A DNA stretch of 59,839 bases, filler included. It is 6 parts of 6 records of this genome, joined end to end, with 100 filler letters (N's around TTAATTAATTAA, not from the genome) between each part and the next. Parts side by side here need not be neighbours in the genome. Positions count along the whole stretch, not along the records: positions 6,122 to 25,415 come from SRR2962707_2116; 5 more parts are not named here. One strand, given 5' to 3'. Position numbers and translations under genes: made by a program. Numbering within the stretch: position 1 is the first letter of the stretch; every line of letters starts with the position of its first letter. This document shows positions 10,492 to 18,642 of the stretch, piece after piece. The notes under the pieces are model-generated. The model worked only from the letters and a program-made list of their open reading frames with translations, made no database searches and was not told where the DNA came from.

Positions 10492-11690
10492 AACAACAAT
10501 TCCAGGGCTATCTTCGTGCCGATGGGCGCAAAGGCATCCGAAACACAATTGTCGTGGCTTACCTTGTTGAATGTGCCCATTTCGTTGCATCTAAAATTGT
10601 GGCCGGCTTTGATGATAACGACGTGCAGCTGATCGGATTTCCCGGCTGTTTTCCTAACGAATATGCCGCGCGCATGATGGAACGTCTGTGTACACATCCC
10701 AATGTCGGCGGGGTGCTGTTTGTGTCGCTTGGCTGTGAAAGTTTCGACAAAGTACGCGCATCCAAGGCCGTATCTGAGTCCAACCGTCCAGTCGAAACCT
10801 TGGTGATCCAGCGATCTGGTGGAACCGCAAAAACGGTTGCGACCGGCAAAGAATGGGTGCGTTCGGCACTGACCAAGGTGGCACAGGTTGAACGTGCTCC
10901 GATGGGTGTTGATGAGCTGATTATCGGAACGATTTGCGGTGGATCGGACGGAACGTCTGGCATTTCGGGAAATCCGGCGGCGGGCAAGGCTTTTGATCTT
11001 CTGATCGGCGAAGGCGCGGCCTGTATCTTTGAAGAAACCGGCGAGCTGATCAGTTGCGAAGACATCATGGTCGAACGCGCAGCAACACCCGAATTGGGCA
11101 AAGAACTGCGCGCGGCTGTGGAAAAGGCTGAACGGTATTACGCAACCCTTGGATATGGATCGTTTGCGGCGGGCAATGCCGCAGGCGGGCTTTCAACGAT
11201 CGAGGAAAAAAGCCTCGGCGCCTATGTCAAATCCGGTGACAGCCAGATCATGGGGCTGATCAAGCCCGGTGATGTGCCGCCTAAGGGGGGCTTGTACCTG
11301 ATGGATGTGGTGCCCGATGGTGAAGTGCGGTTTGGCTTCCCGAATATTTCGGACAATGCCGAAATCGTCGAGATGATCGCAAGTGGTGCGCATATGACGC
11401 TTTTCGTCACGGGGCGCGGGTCGGTTGTCGGCTCGGCCATTTCACCCGTGATCAAAATTTGCGCTAATCCCGATACGTACCGTGCACTTGAAGACGACAT
11501 GGATGTGAATGCAGGTGCGATCATCGAAGGCCTGCGGTCGATTGAGGAGGTCGGACAGGAAATCCACGATCTGGTGATTTCGGTCGCAAAAGGTGCCCAA
11601 ACCAAATCCGAGATCCTCGGTCATCGCGAATTCATTCTGACATACAAAACGTTTGAACCAATCGGGCCTTCGTGCCTGCCGACCGTTTGA
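10488..11690 (+). CDS. UxaA/GarD-family dehydratase, large subunit
   Basis: GYLRADGRKGIRN, HPNVGG, LGCE, CGGSDG, EEKSLG, TGRGS. Confidence 0.9.
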   Translation: MKQQFQGYLRADGRKGIRNTIVVAYLVECAHFVASKIVAGFDDNDVQLIGFPGCFPNEYAARMMERLCTHPNVGGVLFVSLGCESFDKVRASKAVSESNRPVETLVIQRSGGTAKTVATGKEWVRSALTKVAQVERAPMGVDELIIGTICGGSDGTSGISGNPAAGKAFDLLIGEGAACIFEETGELISCEDIMVERAATPELGKELRAAVEKAERYYATLGYGSFAAGNAAGGLSTIEEKSLGAYVKSGDSQIMGLIKPGDVPPKGGLYLMDVVPDGEVRFGFPNISDNAEIVEMIASGAHMTLFVTGRGSVVGSAISPVIKICANPDTYRALEDDMDVNAGAIIEGLRSIEEVGQEIHDLVISVAKGAQTKSEILGHREFILTYKTFEPIGPSCLPTV

Positions 11691-11699
11691 GGAGGAAAC

Positions 11700-12437
11700 A
11701 TGAAAAGAATTGAAGGAAAGCTGTGTCTGGTGACGGCCGCCGGGCAGGGGATCGGTCGCGCATCGGCAGAACGTCTGGCCGCCGAAGGGGGGCGCGTGAT
11801 CGCAACCGACATCAACGACAAAGCCCTTGCTGAACTGGCCGCAATTGACGGGATTGAGGCCAGAAAGCTGGATGTCACCGATAAGGCGGCAATCACGTCA
11901 TTGGTGGACGAAATTGGCACCGTTGATGTTCTGTTTAACTGTGCGGGCATTGTCCATAACGGTACGATCCTTGAGGCGACCGAAGAAGAGTGGGACTTTG
12001 CTTTCGACTTGAATGTGAAGTCACAGTTCCGCATGATCCGTGCCGTGCTGCCCGGAATGATTGAAAAAGGTCACGGGTCGATCATTAATATGTCCTCGGT
12101 CGCGGGGCCGGTAACCGGCCCTGTAAACCGGCTGGTCTATTCTGCGTCTAAGGCGGCGGTTGCGGGCATGACACGGGCGATTGCCAACGATTATGTCAAA
12201 CAGGGCATTCGCTGTAACGCCATAGCACCCGGAACGGTCGACAGCCCAAGCTTGCATGAACGGTTGCGTGCGACCGGGGATTACGACGGGGCGCTTAAGG
12301 CCTTTATAGGGCGTCAGCCGATGGGCCGGATTGGCAAGCCCGAAGAAATAGCAGCACTGGTAACCTATCTGGCCTCTGAAGAGAGCGGATTTACCACCGG
12401 TGTCGTTCACGTTGTCGATGGCGGCTGGACTGCCTAA
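11700..12437 (+). CDS. SDR oxidoreductase, BDH2/2-keto-3-deoxy-L-fuconate dehydrogenase-like
   Basis: TAAGQGIG, NCAG, YSASK (YxxxK), PGTVDSPSL, RQPMGR. Confidence 0.85.
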   Translation: MKRIEGKLCLVTAAGQGIGRASAERLAAEGGRVIATDINDKALAELAAIDGIEARKLDVTDKAAITSLVDEIGTVDVLFNCAGIVHNGTILEATEEEWDFAFDLNVKSQFRMIRAVLPGMIEKGHGSIINMSSVAGPVTGPVNRLVYSASKAAVAGMTRAIANDYVKQGIRCNAIAPGTVDSPSLHERLRATGDYDGALKAFIGRQPMGRIGKPEEIAALVTYLASEESGFTTGVVHVVDGGWTA

Positions 12438-12468
12438 GCGAAAATTGAAAAGAAGGAAGTGAAGTAAG

Positions 12469-13308
12469 ATGAAATTCGCACGTTATGGAGAACGCGGGGC
12501 AGAGAAGCCGGCACTTGTGGATGCAAACGGCAATCTGCGCGACCTGTCTGCGCATGTTGGCGACATCGCTGGTGACGTTCTTACCCGTCTCGATACGCTT
12601 AAATCAATTGATCCAGAATCGCTGCCGCTGGTTGATGGCGCGCAACGTCTGGGTGCCTGCGTCGGACAGACCGGAAAGTTCATTTGTATTGGTCTGAACT
12701 ATGCCGATCACGCTGCTGAGTCTGGTATGGAAGTACCGCCAGAGCCGGTTATTTTTGCCAAATATACCTCGGCGATTTGCGGCCCGAATGATCCGATCAT
12801 CATTCCGCGCGGCTCGGAAAAAACCGACTGGGAAGTCGAACTGGGCTTTGTCATTGGCAAAACCGCAAAATACGTCTCCGAAGAAAATGCACTGGATCAC
12901 GTTGCCGGTTTTTGCCTGATCAATGATGTGTCCGAACGCGCCTATCAGATCGAACGTGCCGGCCAGTGGTCCAAAGGTAAATCGTCGGACAACTTTGGTC
13001 CGACCGGTCCGTGGCTCGTGACCCCGGACGAAGTTGGCGATTTTGACAAGCTTGGCATGTGGCTTGATGTGAACGGCGAACGCGTTCAGGACGGATCGAC
13101 CGCGACCATGGTCTATCGCGTGCCACATCTGATCGCATATTTGTCGCAGTTCTTTACCCTGCATCCGGGCGATATCATTTCGACCGGCACCCCTCCCGGT
13201 GTGGGGCTTGGCTTTAAACCGCCGCGCTATCTTAAAGAGGGCGATGTGGTCGAGCTCGGCATCGACAAGCTGGGTACGCAGCGTCAGGTTTGCGTTAAGG
13301 ACGACTAA
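12469..13308 (+). CDS. Fumarylacetoacetate hydrolase family protein (2,4-diketo-3-deoxy acid hydrolase-like)
   Basis: CIGLNYADH, DWEVEL, NDVSER, GPTGPW, STGTPPGVG. Confidence 0.9.
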   Translation: MKFARYGERGAEKPALVDANGNLRDLSAHVGDIAGDVLTRLDTLKSIDPESLPLVDGAQRLGACVGQTGKFICIGLNYADHAAESGMEVPPEPVIFAKYTSAICGPNDPIIIPRGSEKTDWEVELGFVIGKTAKYVSEENALDHVAGFCLINDVSERAYQIERAGQWSKGKSSDNFGPTGPWLVTPDEVGDFDKLGMWLDVNGERVQDGSTATMVYRVPHLIAYLSQFFTLHPGDIISTGTPPGVGLGFKPPRYLKEGDVVELGIDKLGTQRQVCVKDD

Positions 13309-13332
13309 GCGTCTTTGATCGACGACAAAAGT

Positions 13333-13362
13333 AAAGCGCGGTTCCCAACGGAGCCGCGCTTT
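13333..13362. terminator. Bidirectional rho-independent terminator
   Basis: aaagcgcggttcc-caac-ggagccgcgcttt hairpin between convergent FAH and CaiB genes. Confidence 0.75.
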
Positions 13363-13390
13363 ATGAGTTTAGGGAGTAATTTTTCGCCTC

Positions 13391-14524
13391 TTACCAACCG
13401 CTTTCCAGCAGGTCATTTGCTTCGCCAAGTTCGGGGGCGGCCTTTGAGGATGCCGGGCGGCTGCCATCAATCCGCAAGGGCAGTTTTGTCGTTTTCATTT
13501 CAACATCCCCCCGTCGGATGTCTTGAACCATATCAAGGTTCTGCAAGATACCGCTTTCAACCACACCATCCCAATCCATGACCGGGGCGGCCCAGATATC
13601 ATTGGCGACGAATTTTTCCATCCAGTCGGCACTGCTTGATGTCTTAAGGCGCGTTGCCAAGCTGGCCTTGATTTCATCGCGTTGCTTGAAGGCATCCATC
13701 GTGGTGACATCGGTGCCAATGCCGGTGATTTGCGCAACTATTTCAAGTTTCCCCATGGCAATGGCGATATAGCCATCGGCGGTTTCATAAACGCCATATG
13801 GTGCGGCCAGATAAGCATGGGCCGGGTTGTTCTTTGAACGTTTCGGGGTTCGTTTGCCATCATTGAACCATGTCGTCAGAAGTTCGAACTGCAGATCGGC
13901 AAGAACCTCGATCAGCGACGTTTCGACATACCCACCGATCCCCTTGGTCGCCCGGCGATACAGCAGGGCCAAAACACCATGTGCCAGTGCGGAACCGGCA
14001 AGCACATCCGCCACCGGCAGTCCCATTGCCACCGGGCCGTCATCCTGCCCACCCGAAAGCCACATAACGCCGGACCGGGCTTGGGCCAAAAGATCCTGTC
14101 CGGGCAGGTTCACCCATGGGCCGTCGGATCCATAGCCGGTAACTGTGCCGTAAACGACGGTGGGATTGATCTTTTTGACGTCTTCATAGCCAAATCCAAG
14201 CCGTTCCATCACACCCGGGCGAAAGTTCTGCAAAATCACATCCGCGTCGGCCACAAGCTTCCGAAGCCGGGCTTTATCTTCGTCTGATTTAAGGTCCACA
14301 GCAACCGACCGCTTGTTGCGGTTGATCGCGTGAAAGATCGTGCTTTCGCCACCGATCTTGGTGTCTGTCAGATACAGATACCGCGATAGGTCGCCAAGTC
14401 CGGTGCGTTCGACCTTAACCACATCCGCGCCAAGATCAGCCAGTTTTAAGGCGCAATAGGGCCCGGCCAGGAATTGCGAAAAATCGAGGACCTTAAGGCC
14501 ATCAAGGGGCAAGAGTTCAGTCAT
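13391..14524 (-). CDS. CaiB/BaiF (family III) CoA-transferase
   Basis: LDFSQFLAGP, LADLGADVVKVE, NRNKRS, NFRPG, GQDLLAQ. Confidence 0.92.
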   Translation of the reverse strand: MTELLPLDGLKVLDFSQFLAGPYCALKLADLGADVVKVERTGLGDLSRYLYLTDTKIGGESTIFHAINRNKRSVAVDLKSDEDKARLRKLVADADVILQNFRPGVMERLGFGYEDVKKINPTVVYGTVTGYGSDGPWVNLPGQDLLAQARSGVMWLSGGQDDGPVAMGLPVADVLAGSALAHGVLALLYRRATKGIGGYVETSLIEVLADLQFELLTTWFNDGKRTPKRSKNNPAHAYLAAPYGVYETADGYIAIAMGKLEIVAQITGIGTDVTTMDAFKQRDEIKASLATRLKTSSSADWMEKFVANDIWAAPVMDWDGVVESGILQNLDMVQDIRRGDVEMKTTKLPLRIDGSRPASSKAAPELGEANDLLESGW

Positions 14525-15660
14525 GCATAGAAACTTTCGTCAAATCGTTTCGAAAGAGCGGGAAGCGCTGCATCCGGGGTGGTTTTTTCGCGAAGAAGAT
14601 CAAGCAGGATCTCGGATGCGTCTTCCTGAAAGTCCATATATCCGGCGTGGCGCGGACGCAGCCATGCCGCCTCGTGGGTCATTCGGGTGTTGCTATAAAG
14701 GCCGCCAACCGGGGCATTCACTGTCGTGTCGCCCCAGGCAACCGCATTTCCCGGTTGACCATTGTTCTGGGAATACAGACCGCGCTGGATGTTGGACGAT
14801 GCCACCCAAAGTGCGAAGTCGGTACAAATTTCGGGGTGTTTCGTACCAGATGAAACCGCAATGCCCGTTCCCCCAAGTGCGGATCCAAGCGGGCCAGACG
14901 CGCCAAGTGACGGCATATCGTGGAAGGCAATGCGATGGGACCGATATCCCACCCGGCCATAAGGGGCATACAGGTAAACAAACGGGCACAGGGAAAATTG
15001 ATCACCGTCTGCAAGCGCATCAAGGGCGGCAATCGGATCCATGTCAAAACAGGCCGGATCGACAAGATTGACCAATGCCTGCATGGCGACAATGACGTCG
15101 CGTGCGGTGGTGTCATTAATCTGTGCATGGCGTGTGATCGGAAAAGGCGCACCATGGTTCGCCAGCAACGTGAAAAACGACATCAACACATGGGGCGCGC
15201 GCAGTGGCCAGACCACACGGCCTTTCTTTGCCTCGGCAATGACATCGTCAAACCGGGGGACGGGGGCGTTTAAAAGGTCGGGGCGCAATGCCTGTACCTG
15301 ACAGGCGGCATCAACGGGTAAGGCCCATTGATGGTCTTTGTAAAAATAGCTTTGAAAACTTTTGCCAACTGTCTCGGCAAACAGCTGCTCCAGTTTGTCT
15401 TGGTCGCCAAAGCGATCGATTGGAAGAAGGCAGTTTTTTTCAACCACGGCACCGACATGGGGATGATCAATGATGATGAGGTCATAGGTGCTTGCCAGTT
15501 CCTCAACCGGGGTACTTTCAAACTCCTGAAGGGATCGCTTGTCCCAAACGATATCAACATTGGGATGGCGTTCACGAAACGCAGAACTCGCGGCAACCAA
15601 TGGATCGTAGCCACGCGGATCAGACCACGTCATTCCCCTAAGGCGTATTGTGTCGGGCAT
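14521..15660 (-). CDS. Solute-binding-protein-fold protein without an evident signal peptide
   Basis: YDLIIIDHPH, WALPVDAA and LGGTGIAVS resemble sugar SBPs; ATG 15660 follows an AGGAGG RBS; ATGA overlap with the CaiB gene. Confidence 0.75.
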   Translation of the reverse strand: MPDTIRLRGMTWSDPRGYDPLVAASSAFRERHPNVDIVWDKRSLQEFESTPVEELASTYDLIIIDHPHVGAVVEKNCLLPIDRFGDQDKLEQLFAETVGKSFQSYFYKDHQWALPVDAACQVQALRPDLLNAPVPRFDDVIAEAKKGRVVWPLRAPHVLMSFFTLLANHGAPFPITRHAQINDTTARDVIVAMQALVNLVDPACFDMDPIAALDALADGDQFSLCPFVYLYAPYGRVGYRSHRIAFHDMPSLGASGPLGSALGGTGIAVSSGTKHPEICTDFALWVASSNIQRGLYSQNNGQPGNAVAWGDTTVNAPVGGLYSNTRMTHEAAWLRPRHAGYMDFQEDASEILLDLLREKTTPDAALPALSKRFDESFYA

Positions 15661-15699
15661 AGAAATATTTCCTCCTGCCGTCACTTTAAGGGTGATGAT

Positions 15700-15732
15700 T
15701 TATAAATGAAAGAGTATTTTATATTTGATATT
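15700..15732. promoter_or_regulatory. Putative IclR operator in the divergent promoter
   Basis: AT-rich imperfect inverted repeat aaatgaaa-gagta-ttttatat between the divergent SBP-like gene and iclR. Confidence 0.35.
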
Positions 15733-15829
15733 GTGTTTATGCTAACGCAGGTTCGGTTGCCAGAAAGCAACCCGCGCGCATATACTCCGCCTAATGTAAA
15801 AAGCGGTTCGCAAACCCCTGAGAGGACCT

Positions 15830-16624
15830 ATGAACGGCAAAGCCGAAGTACCAACGGAAGAAGAAAAATACCGCGCCCCGGCATTGTCAAAAGGGCTTGA
15901 TATTCTTGAGCTTCTTGCCTCTGAGGCGGATGGGTTATCGCAGATCGCCATTGCCAAGGAACTGGGGCGCAATACCTCGGAAATTTTCCGTATGCTCATG
16001 GTGCTGTGCCAGCGCGGATATGTCGAACAGCGCGAAGATGATGACCGGTATCTGTTAACGACCAAGATGTTCGAAGTCGCACACCGTCATCCGCCAATCC
16101 GTCGCCTGACCTCCATCGCGGGGGAGGCGATGCAACGCCTTGCCAATGATGTGAACCAGTCAATGCATCTGGCGATCATTCATTCGGGCAAAGTCCTTGT
16201 CATCGCGCAGGTTGACTGCCCGGACAATAATATCACCGCGGTACGCCTTGGCGCGCAGATCAACATTTATGACACGGCATCAGGCCGGGTTCTGGCGGCA
16301 TGGATGGCACCAGATGTGCGTGACATGCTGCTTCAGGAAGCCGGGGGAGAAGGCAAAGAGGAACACCAAGCCTTCCTTGCCGATTTGCGCGACGTGCGGG
16401 AAGCCGGGTATTGTGAATCCCAATCCCTGACCATCGGGGGGGTTTTGAACTTGTCCGCCCCGATTTTTGATTTTTCGGGCAAGGTTGTCGCCGCCCTGAC
16501 AATCCCGTTCATCCATCGCCTGTCGGGAACCTCGATTGTTACCGTCGATGAATGTCGGGAACGTCTGGTCGTGCTATGTGCCGATATATCGCGCCGGCTC
16601 GGTGCCGGGGCTGGGGGGCAGTAA
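15830..16624 (+). CDS. IclR-family transcriptional regulator
   Basis: APALSKGLDILELL HTH start, TASGRVLAA, LSAPIFDFSG. Confidence 0.92.
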   Translation: MNGKAEVPTEEEKYRAPALSKGLDILELLASEADGLSQIAIAKELGRNTSEIFRMLMVLCQRGYVEQREDDDRYLLTTKMFEVAHRHPPIRRLTSIAGEAMQRLANDVNQSMHLAIIHSGKVLVIAQVDCPDNNITAVRLGAQINIYDTASGRVLAAWMAPDVRDMLLQEAGGEGKEEHQAFLADLRDVREAGYCESQSLTIGGVLNLSAPIFDFSGKVVAALTIPFIHRLSGTSIVTVDECRERLVVLCADISRRLGAGAGGQ

Positions 16625-16800
16625 GGCGAACCTTTTCCGCCAGCGGACTTTCAGTGCATAGGTCTCTTCATTCTGTGTGTCTCAATCTAACGGTTCAGGC
16701 GTGCTCAGTTTTGCGGCCCCTCACCTTAATGGGGTTGTCCGCTGTTTCTTATCTGAAAGCCCCTCAGAGCGCTTTGCGCCGAATATTACTTTTTGCGATT

Positions 16801-16819
16801 GAAAATGATTATCATTGTT
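16801..16819 (+). promoter_or_regulatory. Fur box
   Basis: GAAAATGATTATCATTGTT matches 15/19 of GATAATGATAATCATTATC, upstream of the fecI-like gene. Confidence 0.8.
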
Positions 16820-16920
16820 GATAGCTTGCTGCGCGACACTGGCTTGTAATGCAGGTGCCTGTCTATTGGTTCCATCCTGGGCGGGGCAAAGCGGTTAACA
16901 GATGGCGGTTTAAACTGAAC

Positions 16921-17433
16921 ATGAAGTTCTGGCAGCAAACACTGGCCAAGCTGTTTGAAGATCATCGTCGGCAATTGCTGTTGATGGTGATACGTCGCGT
17001 GCGTGATCGCGAAATTGCCGCAGAACTTGTCCAAGACGTTTACGCCAGATTGATGCAGGCGGGCGACAGTGGGGCGGGTGACGCCAATACCAAGGTGCTT
17101 TATGCATCTGTGCGCAATGCGGTGATCGATCATCATCGTAGCAATGCGGGGCGCAGCCGGGTGATGAATGGTATTTTGCCCGAACAGCTCTGGCTATGTG
17201 AAACGACGTCCCCACAGGATCATGCCGAGGCGCGCCAGACACTGTCTGCACTGGATCGCGCGCTGCTTGAACTTACGCCAAAGGCCCGTGAAATGTTCAT
17301 CCTCCATCGTGTGGAAGGCATTTCGAATGCCAAACTTGCAAAAAAGTACGGCATTTCTGTCAGCGCGGTGGAAAAGCAACTTGCGCGCACCATGCGCCAT
17401 TGTCAGCAACGTCTCGCGGCCTATCGTGATTAG
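16921..17433 (+). CDS. fecI: ECF sigma factor, FecI-like
   Basis: AAELVQDVY region 2, FILHRVEGIS..LA...GISVSAVEKQL region 4; precedes fecR and a TonB receptor; ATG 16921 preferred. Confidence 0.85.
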   Translation: MKFWQQTLAKLFEDHRRQLLLMVIRRVRDREIAAELVQDVYARLMQAGDSGAGDANTKVLYASVRNAVIDHHRSNAGRSRVMNGILPEQLWLCETTSPQDHAEARQTLSALDRALLELTPKAREMFILHRVEGISNAKLAKKYGISVSAVEKQLARTMRHCQQRLAAYRD

Positions 17434-17563
17434 AACCGATTAAATTCCATCTTGTTGCTGAGGATGTTTGCGCATCATCCGTTATTGTTTATAGAAAGGA
17501 ATTGGGCGAGCAGCATAGACTGTTGTCATCGGCGTCATATCCTAGCAGGCCAATCAAAAATCG

Positions 17564-18523
17564 ATGCAAGATCATCACGAACCAACCGAACAGCAAAAAG
17601 ACCAAGCCGCACTCTGGCACGCAAAACGTGCCGGTGGATCATTGTCGGCTGCTGACGAAGTTGCGTTCGATGCGTGGCTGAATTCTGATCGTGGCAACCG
17701 GTTGGCATTTGATCAGATGCGTGTGCTTTGGGCGCAGGTCGAAGAACCTGCCCGGCGTGTTTCAAACGTGCGACCAAAAATTGGCATATTGGGTATTTTG
17801 TCATCCATCCGGCCAAGACGGGCTTTGGCTGGACTGGTTGGCGCGGCGGCGATTGCCTGCGGTGTCTTTGTGGTCAATCCCGATATCGCAACCAACATGC
17901 GCGCCGACATTGTAACCGACCGGGCCACCGTTACGGATGTCGATTTGCCTGATGGTTCGGTCGTGCGTCTTGCGGCAAACAGTGCGCTTAAGACGGACTT
18001 TTCGTCCGGTCACCGTGAGGTCGAACTTTTGCGCGGACAGGCATTTTTTGACGTTGTTCATCGCAATGGCGACCCGTTCCGGGTTCACACCGGCGATGCC
18101 AGTGTGCGCGTGGTTGGGACCCGGTTTAATGTCGACTACCTGTTAGGCAATACTGTTGTCGCCGTGCAAGAAGGTGCTGTTCGTGTTTCAAACCGGGCCG
18201 ATATTGATGGGGTTCTTCTTGGACCGGGGCAGCAGGTTGCAGTGGCGGACCGCAACCTGATCATGACGGATGTCAGTGACCTTGAACCGGTATTAAGCTG
18301 GATGCAGGGGCGGTTGAGTGTGCGCAACGTTCGTGTCGACGATCTTGTGACCCGGCTCGATAATTTAGCGGATGGTCGGGTCGTGGTTTTAGGAAGTATC
18401 GCGACCCGGACAATATCGGGCAGTTTCCCGACCACCGACATTGCCGGTTCGGTTGAAACGATTGCTGCTGCTGTTGGGGGAACAGTTGTTCGAACGTCAC
18501 TTTGGTTGACTGTTATTTATTAA
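17564..18523 (+). CDS. fecR: FecR-family anti-sigma/sensor
   Basis: QAALW...FDAWL N-terminus, one TM helix, LPDGS, LLRGQAFFDV, VVGTRF. Confidence 0.9.
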   Translation: MQDHHEPTEQQKDQAALWHAKRAGGSLSAADEVAFDAWLNSDRGNRLAFDQMRVLWAQVEEPARRVSNVRPKIGILGILSSIRPRRALAGLVGAAAIACGVFVVNPDIATNMRADIVTDRATVTDVDLPDGSVVRLAANSALKTDFSSGHREVELLRGQAFFDVVHRNGDPFRVHTGDASVRVVGTRFNVDYLLGNTVVAVQEGAVRVSNRADIDGVLLGPGQQVAVADRNLIMTDVSDLEPVLSWMQGRLSVRNVRVDDLVTRLDNLADGRVVVLGSIATRTISGSFPTTDIAGSVETIAAAVGGTVVRTSLWLTVIY

Positions 18524-18642
18524 GATTGAGAAAAATTCGCAAAAACTGTCCTCGCCATGTGAGGACTTTTATTTCCCGCACGTTTGTCATTCTAGAAGCA
18601 GGGGGACCTGCCTGAAAGATAAGACGCATATGGAGCGGGAAG

